Translations under genes and position numbers: made by a program
Notes under the pieces: generated by a model
Told to the model about the DNA's origin: nothing
Databases searched by the model: none
Seen by the model: only the letters and a program-made list of their open reading frames with translations
Assembly (NCBI GenBank): GCA_013239625.1
Contig: MU053376.1
Location: 892,833-956,832, forward strand
Origin: Lama guanicoe
Taxonomy: Eukaryota
Reading direction: 5' to 3'
DNA length: 64,000 bases
In this document: positions 60,758 through 64,000 of the stretch, piece by piece
Layout: each line of letters opens with the position of its first letter
Numbering within the stretch: position 1 is the stretch's first letter

Positions 60758-63700
60758 TCTCAGCACCCTTCCCTCTCCACCACAGCTGGACACCCACCTC
60801 CAATGGACACAGCCAGCTGGCCCCAGTCCCTTCCCGATGCCAAGGTGGCCCAACACTGTGCCCGAAAATGGCTGGATTTCAATGCCGACTTTAAGCAGTG
60901 CCCTTTTCATAGGAGGTAGGATATTTCATATTCTGCCACAAGACAGAAAACCCATGCGAGGATTTTTTTTTTCTTTGAAACAAGAGGTACCAGGCAGTAA
61001 CTTCCATGATGACACTGAACCCTATGCCTGGGCCTTCTTGGGTGCCTGGATGGAAGGACGGTCTACAGGAAGAAGGGGGTTTTAAGCATCCATCTGCACA
61101 TCAGTGGCCATGGCACTCTGGGGGCCGCGAATGGACTGTCCCCGAGAGCAGAGTCCTCAGCCTGGTGGAAATGCTGGACATGGATGGGCTGAAGTGGGAC
61201 AGAGTATCAACAGCGGCACCCCTCAGGCTGAGGAGAGGGCCAGACCTTGGGACCAGGGGCTCTCCTACTTTCTCCTCTGGAAGGGCAGCATGGCTGAACC
61301 CCGACATTGTCCTCAATGGCTCCCTGGAGGCCCCTCCACCAGCCGCAGTGGCTGAGAACTATTGCCCTGGTGTCTGGGGCCCAGAGCCCGAGCCCTGCAG
61401 CTCTTGGGGGTGACACCCCAGACTGCCGGGGTGCAAGCTTAGAAGGGTTCAGAGGCTGGGACAGCTGGTGGAAAGGGGCACAATCCAGAGACATGGGCCT
61501 CTTAGCCAACACTGCCAACCCGACCCTGTCACCCCAGAGTGACAGAAGCCACTTCAGGTGGCTGGGTGACACAAGGGCTTGTCTTGAGGAGGTCCCTTGC
61601 CACATCAAGACCCCTCCTGCACAGTCCCTCCAGGGTGCGAGCAGGAGGCAGGGCTCATGCACCCACCGCCCTCCTCCAGCAGAAGGCAGCGTTCACTCTG
61701 TGTGTCCCGGAGGCAGGAGCCTTCTGAGAAGGGCAGAGGATAAATGCGGCCCTGCCTGCTTCCAGGAGTACCCTGGGCCACCTGGCGACCCCAGCTGGCG
61801 ACTCCCTGCAGGCTGCCTTGGACTGCTCTTTTGCATTTCCCCAGAAGACAAAGGGGTAAATAAATGGGACATCCAGCTTGCGCTCTGGGTGTATGACCAG
61901 TCACAGCACGTCAGAGCTGGAAGAGGCTTTGGACCTCAACTTGCCCAAGCCCCTCCCTCCCAGATGACAAGCGGAGGCTGGAAGGGGCTGGGCCTCCCTC
62001 AGTCACACAGCCTGTCAGTGACAGTCTGGGCTAGCGCTCCTCTCCCACCTTCCTGTTCCAGGCTCTTTGTCCAGAGGAAGGGGACAGTGCTGAATGGCTA
62101 CAACCCGGTTTAAAAAGTGGGCTATGAAAATTCTGCTTCAAAGGCTCAGGTGGGTGACGGTGGGGTGATGGGCACGGCTGGGTCCCAGCCCAAGGCGCAG
62201 ACAGACTGCAGGAGCCCCAGTCTTGCTTTGCCTTCCAAGCCCAGCTTCTGTGGGGACCCCAATGTGCAGTGCTGGCTTGAAGCCCCCCGCTCCCCTTACC
62301 CTTGCTCCAAGAAAAGAGGCCAAAGCCAGGACGAGGATTCCCCAAATCCAGGCGGCAGAGGCGGCACAACCAGGAAATCCCAAAGCCGATGTTGTGACAG
62401 GTGGCCCTTCACAGGCAGGAGCAGCGGGCCAGGCGTCTTAGAGGGGACAGGCCCTCGGAGCCTGGTTTCTGTCGTTTACAGTTAGAGCTCTATTTTGTTA
62501 TGGTTTTTAAATTTTTTAAGTCCTGCTCTGTTTTCCTGGGCAGGTTTATGTTGACGTTCACCCACTGCAATTTTTTAAAAACGTAAGCTCACACCCCTTC
62601 TCCCCGCCACCACTGTACCCACCAGCCAGCCCCTGGCCCAGGACTGCCTCCCTGGAGTCATCTGATCAAACCCGCCTCACCTGCTCCCGCCCTTCACCCC
62701 CCATGCAAGGTGCTGGGGGCTCAGCGAAGGGACCATTCTCCCATGACAGGGACCCCAGACTCGGCCCAGCGTCCACCTGTTCCCCCGTGGCTGTGATTTG
62801 GCCTGAACCAGCTCTATCAGAAAGAGGATGCTGAGAGGAGGAAACCTGCCCCCTAGGTTTAGCTGGTTCTTTCCTTGCTGCCTTGGGCTGCCGTGGGGGA
62901 AGCAAAGAGACAGGTGTCTAGACGCTGGGCCAAGACAGAGGAGCTGGTTTGGCACAGGACGTCACCAGGGCGGCTGGAGGCCGCAGTCCCTAAGCTTGCT
63001 TGAAGCAGGAGATACAATGACCAAGAGTCTTAGTTCTAAGGAGGCAGACACTCCCTCTGGGAAACCCAGGAAGGGTTTTTAACTAGGAAAACTCAGCCTC
63101 AGGAAAACCTAAGCACTGTGCGGGCAGAGCTATTTTGGGAGACACAGAACTGTACGAAAAGGGATGTTCCTGCCGCCTGAGACTTCAGGTAGAGTACAGA
63201 TTAAGATTTAATAGGACAGCAGGTAACTTGAGGACGTGCAGGCACATAAAATGGAACAGCCTCTCGTTGAGGTGGGTCTACAGGCGTTCGCGTGGAGGCA
63301 GAGGACGAGGTTAGACAGCTTCTCAGAATCCCTTCCTGCCCAGCAGGCCTCTGATTTTCACCTTCTCTGCTCGCCTGGGCTGAGGCTGGCTCCTGCTGGG
63401 GTCACGACTCGACTCTGGATCTCTCCTCTCCCACACACCAAGCCCCAGACGAGGCAACCAAGAGGAAATAGCCACAAACAAGTGCTTCACGCCACGGCTT
63501 AGTGGCCAGTAAGTGCCTGAGGTCCAGGGACAGAGACGGCCTGCAGACAGCATTTCAGGGCCCAGGAGACGGTCTCTCCTGTCTGCGTGTGCTGGGCCGT
63601 CTGCCCCTGGCTACTCGGTCCTCGTCGCTCTCAGTGTCAATGTATACCTCACCCCCAGGGGGAGGGCAGCTCTCAGGGCCCAGCAAGGTCAGGTTACCTA

Positions 63701-64000
63701 CTTTCATTCAGGGCATCAAATGATACAGGGGGTGCCAGGAAACAGGAGGGCCATGGAAATGGAGAGTTCTTTTTCTTTTGATGAAATGACAGGAGAGATT
63801 GAGGGTGGGTGTCTCTGCAAGGAGACCCTGGAATGAGTATTTAGGGGATTCTTCCTTTCAAGGGAACTTTGAGGAACTTTGATAGCTGTTGGTCTGAGGT
63901 CTAGGCTAGGGACACTTACAGTGAGACACTGAGATTCGTGGAATCAGAAGGCGTTCAGCACAGGAAGAGTCTTGGAGCTCCCGTCCGCTGTGGCCCCTGC
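60758..64000 (+). other. CNTN2: CNTN2 3'UTR (probably continues beyond the window)
   Basis: Follows the stop codon. One AATAAA at 61859-61864 lacks an obvious terminal AT-rich context, so the end is not determined. Confidence 0.6.

Noticed and set aside
61307..62113. 268-aa plus-strand ORF in the CNTN2 3'UTR
   Set aside because: No recognisable homology, overlaps a degenerate MIR-like sequence, and lies downstream of the stop codon.
1..64000. Prokaryote-type systems (CRISPR arrays, operons, IS elements) or a novel gene cluster
   Set aside because: The sequence is intron-rich mammalian DNA explained by NFASC, CNTN2 and interspersed repeats. The two tandem duplications have no spacers.

Overview
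Mammalian genomic DNA, probably camelid (inferred from tRNA-Ala-derived SINEs). It holds two neural Ig-superfamily adhesion genes in tandem on the + strand. (1) The 3' end of neurofascin (NFASC): transmembrane exon 3769-3900, cytoplasmic exons 6022-6091 and 9487-9718 (FIGQY ankyrin-binding motif), and a ~6 kb 3'UTR ending near 15700. (2) The complete coding region of contactin-2/TAG-1 (CNTN2): non-coding exon 1 ending at 33401, then 22 coding exons from 42224 to 60757. All CNTN2 junctions are GT-AG and phase-consistent, and the exons sum to 3123 nt (1040 aa plus stop). The rest is intron and intergenic sequence with L1, L2, MIR, hAT/MER and MLT2 relics, SINEs and microsatellites. Almost all ORFs in the supplied track are spurious. 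I see no new multi-gene system. The most interesting signals are a 12-nt candidate NFASC microexon at the RSLE position that reads RSPG, loss of the CNTN2 RGD motif (RGN), a weak last donor in CNTN2 whose read-through would give a GPI-less protein, and a near-perfect 172-bp tandem duplication in CNTN2 intron 13. Comparisons with human or chicken proteins and repeat family names come from memory and need database confirmation.
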